DNA from: the human T2T-CHM13v2.0 reference genome, Homo sapiens
Reading direction: 5' to 3' (one strand)
DNA: 64,000 nucleotides
Assembly: GCF_009914755.1 (NCBI RefSeq)
Contig: NC_060926.1
Positions within the stretch are counted from its first letter, which is position 1, and each line of letters begins with the position of its first letter. The position numbers and the translations under genes are program-made. Shown here piece after piece: positions 1 through 14,864 of the stretch. Under the pieces are notes generated by a model, which was not told the origin of the DNA, did no database searches, and worked only from the letters and a program-made list of their open reading frames with translations.

Positions 1-1101
1 CTGCATTAGCCCTTAGAACAAGAGAGTCAGCCTATCCTTTGAAGCTTTGAAGCCAGGCATCGACTTCTCCTCTCTAGCTATGAAAGTCCTAGATGTTATC
101 TTCCAATATAAGGCTGTCTCATCTACATTGAAAATCTGTTGTTTAGTGTAGCCACCTTCATCAATGATGTTGGCTAGATCTTCTGGCTAACTAACTTACT
201 GCAGCTTCCATATCAGCACTTGCTGATTCCCCTTGTACTTTTATATTTTGGAGACTGCTTCTTTCCTTAAACCTCATGAAGCAGCCTCTGCTAGCTTTAA
301 ACTTTTCTTCTGGCACTTCCTCATCTCTCTCAGCTTTCACAGAATTGAAAAGAGTTTGTGTTTTGCTCTTGATTAGGCTTCAGCTTAAAGGAATGTTGTG
401 GCTGGTTTGATCTTCTGTCTCAACCACTCAAACTTTCTCCATATTGGCAAAAAGGCTGTTTTGCTTTTTTGTCATCTGTGTATTCAATGGAGTAGCATGT
501 TTAATTTCTTTCAAGAGCTTTTCTGTTCTATTCACATCCTGGCTAACTATTTGGCATAAGAGGCCTACCTTTCAGCCTGCCTTGGCTTTTGACATACCTT
601 CCTCACTAAGCTTGATCATTTCTAGCTTTTGATTTAAAGTGAGTCACATGTGACTGTTCCTTTCACTCAGCCACTTAAAGACCATCGTAGGGTTATTAAC
701 TGGCCTAATTTCAATATTGTTGTATCTCAGGGATCAGGGAGGCCTGAAGAGAAGGAGAGAGACAGGGTAATGACCAGTTTGTGGAGCAGTCAGGACACAT
801 ACAACATTTATTAAGTTCACTGTCTTATATGGACACGGTTCAAGGTGCCCCAAAACAAATACAAAAGTAACATCAAAAAATCACTGATCATAGATCACCA
901 TAACAGATATAATAATAATAATAAAATTTGAAATCAATTGTAAGAATCACCAAAATGCGACAGAGACACCAAGTGAGCATGTTGTTGAAAAATGGTGCCA
1001 ATAGACTTGTTTGATGCAGAGTTGCCACAAACTCAATTTGTAAAAACCACAGTCATTGTGAAGCACGATAAAGTGAAATGCAATAAAATGAGGTGTGCTT
1101 G
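1..1101 (-). mobile_element. Tigger1 DNA transposon (TcMar), 5' 1.1 kb; runs off window start
   Basis: Reverse complement matches the Tigger1 5' end as recalled: TIR remnant GAGGTGTGCTTG at ~1090-1101, transposase start at ~685 and a decayed N-terminus (TLNQKLEMIKLSEEGMSKA). Confidence 0.92.
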
Positions 1102-2067
1102 TGCTTAAACATTGTAGATGCTCCATACTTTTCTTGATAAGTAAATACATTTTTTGAAACTTTTCTCAGACTTACCATGATATAACATGAGCTGATGGGA
1201 ATGAATCCTTAACTCTTCTGCTCTAAACATAGAATAACATATGGCTAAAACTTCTTTAGGTATGAAGCTGAGTTTGAAATCAAGAAAGAAAGTCCCCCTA
1301 GTATTAGAATTAAAAAGGAAACTTCAAGTCAGAGTGCTAAGCAGAATCTTATGCCCAAACTGCTCATAGAATTGTTGCAATCAGATACAGGCCTTAAACA
1401 CTGGAGTTGGTTCTACTAATTGTCTCCCTGAAAGGAGATTACAGGCTTCAGACTGTAGGATTAAAGCTAAAACAGCTATTTAGATAAATCCGGGAGTCAT
1501 AAAGGGTTGGGCTGACTTTGAAATGGAGACTAAGGGAACTCTGCCCATCAGCCCAGTTAAGCAACAAGAAGGTTTATTAGTATCCCAGGATGATGAATGA
1601 GAAAATATCACCTGCAAGAAATAAAAAAAAACCAGTATGTGCCATGCCAAGATGGGGAGTCTGAAATCATGCTGACTATGTGGAAGGACTTTGAAGCCAG
1701 GAAATCAGCTAAAAAGGGATCCAATTCGTTTTTGTTGCTGTTTTGGTTTGGTTTGCTTTTCAGACCTGCTCCTTCTGTAAGGAATCCAGTTCTTTCATGC
1801 AAGTTGAGACAAAGAAAAAGTATCCTATAGGCTACTTTTCCACAGAGAACTCTCTTCTAATGAGTAGGTCATAGTCAAACATTGTAAATCATACCATAAA
1901 ACAAATAACTACGTTTGAGACTCAGCAGATGAAAGAAATGGAAGCCAAGGCTTAAAAAAGTAGAATAACCTGACAGAAATATTTACAAAGTATGTTTAAA
2001 ATATGCACAGGGGTGAAGGAAGGATTATAAACCATCAGGGAAGAAAATAACAATTAGAAATTTTTTT

Positions 2068-2943
2068 TTCCAAGACAGCTGATTAGAGGGTTTTAGCATG
2101 TCTCAGCCACTTGGAAACAGCAAGATAGTACATAAAGATCAACTGTGAGCTTTAATTCAAGAAGGAAAATCAGAATCCACTGGAATTGTGAAAGATACTC
2201 CAGATCCCAGGGAGGAGAACACTGGCCCCATGATGGTGTCCAGCTGATAAAAGTGAGTGAAGCCCCAGTAGGTGAGAGAGGCAGAGAGCCTCCCTCTGTA
2301 ACTCACCCTTCCACTGGGGCTCCAAGCACCCCAGGCTGAGAAAGAAAACTTTGTTCCTCCCAAGCTCTGGAGCTAACTTGGGGAGAGGCTTGGAGATGCT
2401 ATGAGGGAAAGACATCAGGAAAAGCTGCAGTCAATTTCCCAGACCCAGTGTTGAGAGGAGGATGCCATTTTTAATCTAGGCACATGCAAAGTCAGCCATT
2501 CTTTGGCATCCTGGCAGTGTGGCCACGCAGACATGTTTGTCTCAGGCCAGAGACTGAAGTGCTTGCTCTGGAGTGAGATAGGGGCCTCCACAGGCCAGAG
2601 TTGTGGAAAGTGCCTCACCACTAGGCCCTGGAATTGTGTTCTTCCCTGTCACAGGCCTGTGGCAGGAGGAGAGCTGCTACAGTTATGGCTTCTCCTCGGC
2701 AACAAGGCTTGCAGCCAGGACCAGCTCGGTAACCTGGAACCAGTCTGTGTGTGCCATTGCTGGGTACCCTATCCTGCTCCCCTGAGAGGATAGCAGCAGG
2801 GCTCTCTCCACTCCACCGCCAGGCAGAACTCCAGGCATTCAGAGCACACATTTGCCTGGACCAGCAGCCTGAGCCTCCCACCCTTCCTGGAGCAGCAGGG
2901 CTCTTTCCCCTCTATGCTCAGGCAGATCACCAGGCATTCAGAG
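2068..2943 (+). mobile_element. L1 5' UTR (L1PA15/16-like)
   Basis: GC-richer block starting TTCCAAGACAGCTGATTAGAGG that resembles old L1PA 5' ends; internal repeat CCAGGCATTCAGAG; fused directly to ORF2 sequence. Confidence 0.7.
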
Positions 2944-5900
2944 GTCAAAAAGGACAAAGGTCATTACATAATGATAAAGGCTCAACAAGAAGACTTAACT
3001 ATTCTAAATATATATGTACTCAACATTGGAGCACCCAGATTCATTTAGGAAAAAAAAAAACTACTTCTAGTATATAAAAAGACTATAAAAAGACTTACAC
3101 AGCCACACAGTAATAGTGGGGAACTTGAACACCCCACTAACAGCATTAGACAAATCATTGAGGCAGAAAACTAACAAATACATTCTGGACTTAAATTCAA
3201 AACTTGACCTATCTAATCTAATAGATATTGACAAAATACCCCCACCCATCAACCACAGAATATATATATTCTTCTCATCTATACATGAAACATTCTCCAA
3301 GGTTGACCACATGCTCTGCCATAAAGCAAGTCTCAATACATTTTTTAAAAATGGAAATAATACCAACCATACTCTCAGATCACAGTGGAATAAAAACAGA
3401 AATCAATACAAAGAAGATCTCTCAAAGCACACTAATACATGGAAATTAAACAGCTTGCTCCTGAGTGACTTTTGGGTAAACAAATTAAGGCAGAAATAAA
3501 AAATACCTTGAAATAAATGAAAACAGGTATACCCAAATCTCTGGGATGCAGCAAAAGCAGTCTTAAGAGGAAAGTTCATAGCACTAAACACTTACCTCAA
3601 AAAATTAGAAAGACCCCAAATTAATGATCTAACATACACCTTGAGGAGCTAGAAAAACAAGAACAAACTAACCCCAAGGCTAGCAGAAGAAGAGGAATAA
3701 CTAAAAAAAAAGAGTAGAACTGAATGAAATTGAGACCCAAAAATTCACACAAAGAATCAATGAAATCAAAAGTTGATCCTTTGAAAGGATAAACAAAATC
3801 AATAGACTGCTTGCTAGATTAACAAAGAAAAAGAAAGATCCAAATCAGCACAATCAGAAATGACAAAGGCGACATTACAATTGAGCCTACAGAAATACAA
3901 AAGATTCTCAGAGACTACTATGAACTCCTCTATGCTCACAAACTAGAAGATCTAGAGGAAATTGATAAATTCCTGGAAACATACAACCTGCCAAGATTGA
4001 ATTAGAAAGAAATTGAAACCCTGAACAGACCAATACTGAGTTTCATAGTTGAATCAGTAATAATAAAAAAAAAGACCTACCAACCGAACAAAGCACCAGA
4101 GCAGACAGATTCACGGACAAATACTGCTAGACGTACAAAGAAGAGCTGGTACTAATTCTACTGAAACTATTCCAAAAAATCAAGGAGGAAGGACTCCTTC
4201 CTAACTCATTGTATGAAGCCAACATCACCCTGAAACCAAAACCTGGCAGAGACACAGCAAAAAAAGAAGACTGCAGGCCAATATCCCTGATGAACATAGA
4301 TACAGAAATCCTTAACGAAATGCTAGCAGACCAAATCCAGCAGCACATCAAAAAGTTAATTCACCACAATCAACTAGTCTTCATTCCTGGGATACAAGGC
4401 TGGTTCAACATATGCAAATCAAATGTGATTTACCACATAAACAGAATTAAAAACAAAAGCATTATGATTATTTCAATAGATACAGAAAAAGCCTTGGATA
4501 AAACCTAACATCCTTTACTGAAAAAAACCCTCAGCAAACTACCCATGAAAGGAACATATCTCAAGATAATAAGAGCCATCTATGACAAATGCACAGCCGA
4601 CATCATGCTGAATGGGCAAAAGCTGGAAGCATTCCCCTTGAGAAGTGGAACAAGACAAGGATGCCTACTCTCACCACTCCTACTCAACATAGTATTGGAA
4701 TTCCTTGCCAGAGCAATCGGAAGAGAAAAAAATCAAAAGCATCCAAATAGGAAAAGAAGAAGTGAAACTATCTCTTGTTGCTGACCATATGATTCTATAC
4801 TTAGAAAGTCCCAAAGACTCTGCCAAAAGGCTCCTGGAACTGATAAATAACTTCAGTAAAGTTTCAGGATACAAAATCAACGTACAAATATCAGTAGCAT
4901 TTCTATACACCAATATTGTTCAGGCTGAAAGCCAAATCAAGAACACAGTCCATTTATAATATCCACAAAAAAATAAAATACCTACGAATACATCTAACCA
5001 AGGAGGTAAAAGATCTCTACAAGAAGAACTGCAAAACACTGATGAAAGAAATCATAGATGACACAAACAAATGGAAAAATATTCCATACTCATAAATTGG
5101 TAGAATAAATACTATTAAAATGGCCACACTGCCGAAAGCAATCTACAGATTCAGTATTCCTATCAAACTACCAATGTCATTTTTCACAGAATTAGAAAAA
5201 AATTCTAAAATTCATATGCAACAGAAAAGTGCCCAAATAGCCAAAGCAATCCTAAGCAAAAACAAAAACAAAAAGCCAAAGGAATCACATTACCTGACTT
5301 CAAACTATACTATAAGGTCACAGTAACCAAAACAGCATGGTACTGGTACAAAAACAGACACATAGACCAATGGAACAGAATAGAGACCCCAGAAATAAAG
5401 CCTCACACCTACAGCCATCTGATCTTTGACAAAGTTGACGAAAATAAGCAATGAGGAAAGGACTCCCTATTCAACAAATGATGCTAGGATAGCTGGCTAG
5501 CCATATGCGGAGGAATGAAACTATACCCCCACATTTCACCATATACAAAAATTAACTCAAGATAGAGTAAAGATTTAAATGTAAGACCTCAAACTGTCAG
5601 AATCTTAGAAGAAAACCTAGGAAACACCATTCTGGACATTGGCCTTGGGAAAGAATTTATAACTCAGTCCTCCAAGCAATTGCAACAAAACCAAAAATTG
5701 ACAAGTAGGATGTAATTAAACCAAAGAGCTTCTATAGAGCAAAAGAAACTATTAACAGAGTAAACAGGCAACCAACAGAATGGGAGAAAATATTCACAAA
5801 CTATGCATCAGACAAGGGTCTAATATCCAGAATCTATAAGGAATTTGAATAGTTCAATAAGCAAAAAACAAATAACCCTGGCCAGGCACAGTGTGTCACA

Positions 5901-6648
5901 TTTGTAATCCTAGAAATTTGGGTGGCCAAGATGGGTGGATCTCTGAGCCCAGGAGTTTGAGACCAGGCTGGGCAACATGGCAAGACCCCTTCTCAACAAA
6001 AAATTCAAAAATTAACCAGGCATGGTGGTGTGTGCCTGTAGTCCCAGCTACTCAGATGGCTGAGGTATGAGAATTGCTTGAACCTGGGAGGTTGAGGCTG
6101 AGTGAGCCATGACCTGCACCACCGCACCCTGGCTTAGGTGACAAAGCAAGACCCTGTCTCAGACACAACAAAACAAAACCTATTAAAAAGTGAGAAAAGA
6201 ACATGAACAGACACGTCTCAAAAGAAGACAAACAAGTGGCCAACAAACATGAAAAAATGCCCCACTTCACTAATCATCAGAGAAATGCAAATCAAAACTA
6301 CAATGAGATACCATTTCATGCCAATCAGAATGGCTATTGTTAAAAAATGAACAAACAGCAAATGCTGGTGAGGCTTCAGAGAAAAGGGAGTGCTTATACA
6401 CAGTTAGTGGAAGTCTAAATTAGTTCAGCCACTGTGGAAAACAGTTCGGAGATTTCTCAAAGAACTTAAAAGTACTGTTTGACCCAGCAATTCCATTACT
6501 GGGTATATATCGAAAAGAAAAATTGTTCTACCAAAAAGACACATATACTCATATGTTCATCACAGTACTATTCATAGTAGAAAAGACATGGAATCAACCT
6601 AGGTGCCCATCGATGGTAGATTGGATATAGAAAAATGTGATATATATA
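2944..6648 (+). mobile_element. L1 ORF2 region, decayed (L1PA15/16-like), 3'-truncated, interrupted by an Alu
   Basis: ORF fragments GNLNTPLTALD (EN) and [32 protein letters not shown] (RT); many stops and frameshifts; ends before the 3' UTR and poly(A). Confidence 0.93.
5880..6178 (+). mobile_element. AluJ
   Basis: Dimeric Alu with J-type positions (GAGCCCAGGAGTTTGAG, GTTGAGGCTG); degenerate TSD AACAAA(T)A(A)CC(C)T. Confidence 0.92.
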
Positions 6649-7169
6649 TCTCAAATAATTATTAATAGTCTCTTTCACTCTTTTTCACTCAATTTGAGTA
6701 ATAAGTTGTATGAATACCATAATTACTGGCTGATTGATTTATTGAATCAAAGTACCTAATTTGTGGTCTCCCTCTATTCCTGCTCATAAAATCTCATTGA
6801 GACTCCTGGTTTATTGGATTCCTCTTATTTTATTCTAATTTACAAACTGTCCCCAGACATCTTTTAGCCTTATTTCTTACCTAGCCAGTTTAGACTGAGC
6901 TCTTTGTTGAAAAGTACCCTATATTTCACGATTCCTCTTTTTTTCCTCTGCCTTACAACCTTTCAAATCTCTGTCTGAAATAATCCACTTGATTTCTTTG
7001 CTTCTTTACCTGAATTGATATATTTTGTGATTTTTCTTTAGCAGCAGAGTGAGTCGATGTCACTATGAATTCATTGTCTCCCATCTCAGCTCAGCCCTCA
7101 GGGCTTCCTGGTAATGCTCCCATGTGGTTCCTGTCTCTGAAATCCTGGCAAATCTCAAACATGACTCTG

Positions 7170-7345
7170 CCCTAGCACTGATCACACTGTATTGGGGTTT
7201 GGGTTTGTAAATCTGTTTATCACACTAAACAGAATTCCTTGGGGTTAGGGCCCTTCTCTTATTCATCTTTATTCCTCTAGCATCTAGCACATTTCCTAGC
7301 ACATTGTAAGTGCTGGAAATAAGTGCATGAAAAATGAATGAATGA
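7170..7345 (+). mobile_element. L2 3' end
   Basis: CTAGCACATTTCCTAGCACATTGTAAGTGCT...AATGAATGAATGA tail typical of L2. Confidence 0.7.
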
Positions 7346-8539
7346 GGACTGGAATGAATAACAAGGCACTAATGCAAGAAGCATAAGTAAGAAAAAAGAA
7401 GTTAATTGCAATTTTCATATTGTGTGACAAGATTAACACCTGACATAAACTTTTCAAACTATGGCAAAAGAGACAAACATACATTTTGTTTCTTATTTAT
7501 AAGGCATGTGAGACATAATAATAATTGAAAGTATAGATACATCAACATAGGATTTAACCGTATTTTTGTGCTTACATCTAAATGGCCTCATATGCCTCTA
7601 TGATATCTGTTCTGAGGAGCCTAAATTACATTGAGACTCAAGGATATCTGAACATTTTGTCACTGGAGGTTGCTAGCTTATATATTCAAAATACACTGTC
7701 AGCCTTGTAAAATATATTCAGTTTTACTGAGTTGCTCTGCTTTCTACCTTAAGAAAATCTCTTTCCTACATTTCTAACCATGTGGGCCATTATGTGGAAG
7801 TACTCAGGCTAATCCTAATCCTAATTCTGCTTGTCCACTGTTCGTTTGCCCTATCCTACCTCTGGTGACTTTCCTGTTCTTAATTGTTTTCAAGCACTTG
7901 ACCATTAGTAGTCTTAAATTCCTGGCCTCTCTCCTTACCACCAGTTATCTAAATTTCTAGATTATTCTGAATTTGCTATCCATGGGGCCTTTATCTCTTT
8001 GATAGAGATTAATTCTTGTCTGTGCAAATCCTAGTCATAGTCCAACTGAGGTATCTTATAGCAATCATCATCCTAAATATCCAGGAAATTCAACAGATTC
8101 AACAATATGCTTTTCAGTGACTATATTATTTGTCTGTGTCTAAAAATCTAAAAAAAAATAAGTACTACTACTTCACTATAATGTGTTTTCTCATTAGGAT
8201 TTAGGGCAAACAATTGTCCAGCAACTCAAGAAGTGTGTTTTTTGTTGTGGTAATGTTAAGTGGTGACCATCACTGAGGAACAGCTTAAATTCACCAACTG
8301 AGGAGATTCTATTCCTAGATCCTACTATTCTGCCAGCAAGAAACATAAGCTGGAGAGAGAAGACTTGAAATTAGAGACTGCCAAGTAATCTTTGGCAATG
8401 ATGTGGGCCACATCTAGGTGTACTGAGGAGAAGGGCCATATTTATATGAAATAATGCTCTTCTTACTCAAATGTCTGTGGTATTCTTCTGTGATTTAATA
8501 TTAAATGTTTATTACTCAGTATCTAAAATGTGAGAGGAG

Positions 8540-8760
8540 GGTGATGTAGTGGAAAGAACCTTCAGAATGACCTGAGTTCTGATTCTGACATTTACTAGGT
8601 GTGTGACTTTTAGGAAGCCACCAACTTTCTCTCAGACTATGTCTTTATCTGTAAAATGGGAAAAATAATACTCACTTCACTGGCTTGCTAAGATAATAAA
8701 TTTAAAAAGAAATTCAAAGTACCTGACAGAACATCTGGTACAAAATAGGCAATTCTTAAA
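8540..8760 (+). mobile_element. MIR
   Basis: MIR core TGTGTGACTTT...ATCTGTAAAATGGG...ATAATA. Confidence 0.75.
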
Positions 8761-9515
8761 ACAAGTTTTCATTCAAGTTGTGATTCCAGTATTTTTTTTT
8801 TCTGTCTTCTTACTCATCCACATGTACTTGGTCTCAGCATTTCAAGTTGGAAAAGGAAGTTAAATGATTTTCATTTTAGTTTAAGAAATATGGAATTGGG
8901 CCAGTTTGCCAATAGGAGTAGGCTATTTAGATGAGTCTATTTGATTTCAGGATGATGTCCAGCCTCATCCTTCAGCAGCATGAGTACTGCTTGTTCTAGA
9001 AGTGTATTGCTGAAAGAGTGGGGTCATACAAAGTCAGGCGTGGGTATCTCAAGAAATTAATGCCAGGGCACAGTTTTGGAAACATGGTCATCCAGTAACA
9101 TTTATTGGTATTCTGTGCAAAGAAACGTAACTAGACAATGTGAAGTTATGCAAAAGAACAGATCGAATAATATAATTTTATAGCATCAAAAATATTTATG
9201 TTTGGACTAGACTACCTAGATTTTAAACATTATGAAAGATCAGAGTCCAGTGCCTTCCTTGAAGCATCCAATGCCTTCATTTTGTGGATGAAGAAAGTGT
9301 GGCTTAGAGAAGTTAAGTAACTTGCTCAAGTTAACAAAGGCAGTTCTCTTTACTGATAATCCAGTACATTTGCCATGCAACTCTTCTGATGACACAATCT
9401 GGTCCTTGTAGAAATTTAAGAAGTTGTCCAAATTTTACATAAGGAAACTCAAAAAGATAATAAACTAATGCAATCATTTCTAGTTATATAAAGGTTGTTA
9501 AATTTATTATTGTAA

Positions 9516-9826
<311 letters not shown>

Positions 9827-11287
9827 CAAAATTTCTTATAAATGTTTGCAAAGACCGCAAGCTATTGTCTATGATTTGCCTGGGAATTATCCTTGGTGCT
9901 TAAATGGCAGATTCTCCCTGTAGAATATGGCTATCTCCTGAAAGAATGCTCAAGTGATTTAAATGACTGGATTCAGGGGCAATGAGTATGAGAAGGTCTC
10001 AAATAAGATCTTCATCTTGGCAGCCTGGATATGAAATCCATAATAAATCTCTAAGAGTGGTCTATTGGAATCAGAAGGAGAATGGGAGATTAAGAAGTTA
10101 GAATGGAAAGGAAGTGATAGAGCTGGTGGTAGAGGCTATTTTGCCTGTTTGCGGTTTTTTTTTTTTTTTTTTTTAACTTCTGGAATTCTTAGTAAAATTC
10201 CATAAAGGCCTCATTTGAAGATATAGGAGAAAATATTTTCTCTAAAAAACCTTAAACAGAAGACTAACTTACAAAGAAAAGTCAAAGACTTCATAGGTTG
10301 GCAAAATTCTTGTGTGAGATTTCTGCTTTCTTTGGCTCTGATTACTTCATAGATGTTGGTTTATAATATTGTGGGAGAAATGAAGGAAGAATCTGTATTA
10401 ATAAGAGATGTCTTCATAGTATCCTTGACTTAACTGTGATATTATATTTTCTACCTTTCAATTCTCATTGATTTTGCATATGTTATGCCAGAGCCAACGG
10501 AAAAGATAGGCATGTTGTAAGCTATAATTCCAACTCTAGGCAATCAAGAGTTAGAATTATAGGTCAACAAACTAGAAGTGAAAGAATTTATGTTAATGAA
10601 GCATTTCAGCAGATGTAAACAGTATATCTAGGTTTCACCAGTCTGTGGGTCCAACATTTATTTATGATGTCAACATTACAATGCCTGCAGCCACCAACCT
10701 GCCTTTAGCCTCTATATTTTCTCAGCTTTTTTTTTTCTGACAGTGTCAGAAAGAGAACTGTCACACAGACACCTTCCTAATCAGACCTCCATGTTGCCCC
10801 CTCCGCTGACAGTGGCCTCATGCAATCCCTCCGCATGGGGTAGACAGTGTCTTTCAGAACTCCAGAACTCCAGCAGATCCTCTGCTGGGGATGGTGCTCC
10901 ACCATATGCCTGCCTCTTGGGAGGGGGACTCTTGCCGATTTGGTCACTCTTCCTAAGCAGGAAGAGGACTTTCCCTCCACTCCTCAAGACCTAAATAATC
11001 ATCAAGTGCAGAGAGAAGGAAATAATCCCCACTCACCTGCAAGCTAAGGTGTCTTGGTCGCTATTGCCTATCTCAGGATCTGCCTGTTTCTAAAGTCCTT
11101 AAAATAGTACTGTCCATTTTCTTCTAAAGAAACCTATAACTTCAGAGTGTGGACTTGCCCTGTGAGCCCTAGGGAAACAGGGCTCACATAACAAAATGAA
11201 ATAATCCAACATCAGAAAATCTGGTTCACTTAGATATCCATGGTGCTACTATTAGGTGCCACAATTGAAGGTATGATTGGCCTAGGG

Positions 11288-11474
11288 CAGTAGCTTTCAA
11301 ACTTTAGTATGCATCAGGATCACCTGGAATGTTTACAAAATAGAAATCCCTGAACCCCAGCTCCAGAGCTTCTGATTCAGTAGGTCTGGGGTAGGGTGAG
11401 AGAGTTTGTATTTTTAACAAGTTCCCAGATGACACTGATCCTGATGGGTCAAGAACCACATATTGAAAACACTA
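11288..11474. mobile_element. MER5A hAT-Charlie MITE
   Basis: CAGTAGCTTTCAAACTT...GCATCAGGATCACCTGG...TTCTGATTCAGTAGGTCTGGGG...TTGAAAACACTA, ~187 bp. Confidence 0.88.
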
Positions 11475-13022
11475 GTCCTGGTGTAGATGAGACCTAGAGA
11501 AAATCACGACAAAATGTAATAGTTCAACATCAGGATGTCTGGATTACTCAGTGAAACATGCTGCTTCGTAAGTGTCACATAGTGAGGGTATATTTAGCCA
11601 AGGAATGTAAAACTATATTGCAGTAAGTTGAAAACTACCTTTATGAAAACATTTCAGATAAAATATCACAGTATGAGATGGTGAATCATCTCAAAAACTG
11701 CCAAGCCTCCCCATTGCATCAACTGTATTCAAATTTTCACAGAGAATAAAGAACATTGTTTTCCAGGGCCATACAAAACAGTGGTCTTTGCATTCTATTG
11801 TAATACTATTTTCCCTTGTGTATCAGGAAGTGAATTAAGCATGTTTTTCTTTAAAGACTCTTTCCTAATAGCTAATCCTGGAGTTAGCCCAGATTCTGCT
11901 CAGATGTAAGGTGAAACCAGAGTTACAATAAAGAGAATAAATAATAATATTATTGAATAAATTCAGTTGTAGATAACAGAATGGTAAGAAAACTTAGCCA
12001 TTTATTTCCTACTCTTACATAGGACAATTATGTCACTTCAATAACATCACTATTTATTATCACAGATTTACCTTGTCTCAGGAATGATCTAGAAGTTGTA
12101 ACCAGTGATACATAGGAAGATAAAGTTGGAGAATGAAATGCTTCTGGCCATGTCTTATAGCTGTTAATGTATGCTGGCACTTTCCGATGCCGTGTTACCC
12201 ATCTCTGAGAATGTCCTTCGTCTCTATTACACAGTCTAAGTCTACCATAAGGAGGAGACGAATAATGTAGGGCGCTGTCATTGTAGGGCGGAGAGCTTTC
12301 ACTGTGCCCCAGGTGCTAATCTCAAAGCACTCAGAAGCTTAAAGACAGGGTGCAAGATCAGAACTATTTCTTTATGACTCTTAATCTTTCTAAAGGGAAT
12401 CGGTAGAGAATTGGAAAGCAGTGATTCTAATTTTGTGCCAAGGGCAGGTGATTTACTCTTCTGGGAGAGCACAGAGCCCCCCCAGAGCACAGGGAAAGCC
12501 CTGACGCATACATGGGCATAGCAAGGGGATTGCTAGCAGCAAGGAGGTTACCAGTTGACAGAGGCATAGGATCTACCAGGTGCCCCAGATATCACATGAA
12601 AATGCCTACTTTGAAAACAAAACAAAACTTGTGTTGGAACATATCTGTTGCTTTGCTTCTTTCCACCCCGGAAATGAAATCAGATTCCTTCTCATGGCTG
12701 AGTCCCAATACTGGGACTCAGTAATCAAATTACTGACTGGTACATCATCTCAAATAGAAGACTGAGCCTTAGAGTGCCCAGTGTCCATTAGCCATCAAGT
12801 GATATTACATTAATAAACCTAAATAGAGGTATGATATTACACTGTAAAGGCATTGGGAGGATTTTTATTATCATTCTAACCTAATGAATATGCCAGCATA
12901 ATCTCTTTCAACCTTAGATAAACTGAGCTAGGTATTTTGAGAGATTAAGTCTTCCAGGACCAGCCTAGGTTACCATTTAAGGCACTTATGCAGGCAATAA
13001 TAAGCCTCCCTGCCTTAAAATT

Positions 13023-13070
13023 AGATAGATAGACAGACAGACAGAGAGACAGAGAAAGAAAGAGAGAGAT
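13023..13070 (+). repeat. Compound (AGAT)(AGAC)(AG)n microsatellite
   Basis: Directly visible. Confidence 0.8.
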
Positions 13071-13170
13071 GTCAAGAGGCTGAGTTCTCAGGATCTATAT
13101 CCTGGGGTTGGGGGGGAAAGAAGCAGAGTTCATACCAGAATGTGCACATATACACACACACAAAACCTAA

Positions 13171-13484
<314 letters not shown>

Positions 13485-13499
13485 CAACATCATGTTTTA

Positions 13500-14640
13500 A
13501 AATTTTTTCATATTGCTAGATTTATAAAAAACTATTTTCTTCCCACTTCTGCATGAGAACGTGGTGTACCCCTCCATTTATATTGGCCTTATTTGTAACC
13601 TTTAATATAATTTTACATTTATTTATTGTTGATTTATGTAGGGAGACTTGTTAATATTTTTGTTACAGTTGTAAGTGATATCTTATTTTCTAATTGTCAG
13701 AAAGAGGAACACTATAGATTCTTATATGTTGATCTCATATTTACTTCTTATTTCTTTGTATTTACTTAGTTTCAGGCTTGTCTTTTGTTGGCCAGGACCT
13801 ACAGTATTCTGTATCAAAAAGAAGTACCTGTCTTATTCCCAAATGCTGAATGTAAAGGGAATGCTTTTAAAGTGTTTCTATTAATATGATTTTTAATAGG
13901 TTTTTGATAGATAACTATCAAAGTAAGGGAATTCCCTTCCATTTTTAATTTTCTTATAAGCTTTTTATTATATGTAGTTGTTGAACATTATCAAATTCTT
14001 CTTCTACATCTGTTGAGTTGGTCAAATGACTTTCCTCCTTTAGATCTGGCCTTTCTGATTTTAACCATACTTGATCATGATGTGGTGTTATTGTTATTAT
14101 TATTTATAGCATTTTGGATTCAGTTAATATTTTTAGGATTTTGCATCTATGCTTATATGTGAAATTGCCCATAATTTCGTTTCTTCTCTTATCTTTGTCA
14201 GGTTTAGTGTGAAGACTATACTAGCACTATAAAATGAATTGAGTAGCTTTCCCACTAATGGGGAACACTGTAAAACAGTCTAGACTTGGCCAATTTTAGC
14301 AGGTCTTTTTTTTTATTATTAAATAACTGGCCAGATTTTCTTAGTTCCATTAGTCTATTGAAGTTTCTTTCACCTTGGGAAATTTAGAAATTTAGAAATT
14401 TTATTTTTTTCTAAAACTCGTTTCTGTTTCATCAATTTTTTTTTCTAATTTACTAACTTAAAATTCAGGGTATTCTCTCATAATTTAAGAAAACCTGTAA
14501 GTCTTTCAGCTATTTTCACTTTTTTGTGCATTATATTGTTTATTCACACCTTCCTTCCTTTTTCTCTTGGTCAGCGTTTTCATTTAGTTTGAAGTCTTTT
14601 GAAATTTTCCTCATGATATTCTCCTTAATTTGCTATCTCT
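13500..14640 (-). mobile_element. Old L1M fragments
   Basis: T-rich degenerate reverse ORF2-like text (GATTTTGCATCTATG, GAATTCCCTTCCATTTTT). Confidence 0.6.
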
Positions 14641-14864
14641 TTAATCAGTAACTGAGACAGGGTCAATCTAATACAATGGGCAAGAGTTTCAAAAAAGACA
14701 CTCAACATATATTTATGTGTGTGTGTGTTAATATTTTTGTATGCATTCTTCAAAGTTTAACATAGTACTGCATTTCTTTAACAGTATGATCAGTTGAGCC
14801 CATTAATAGCGTTATAATTATTGCTGTCATCTTTTGGGTCATCATTTTACTCCAGACAGCATAT

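Noticed and set aside
10777-10987. 67-68 aa minus-strand ORFs as a terminal coding exon
   Set aside because: No recognisable protein, non-ATG starts, and GC content explains the openness.
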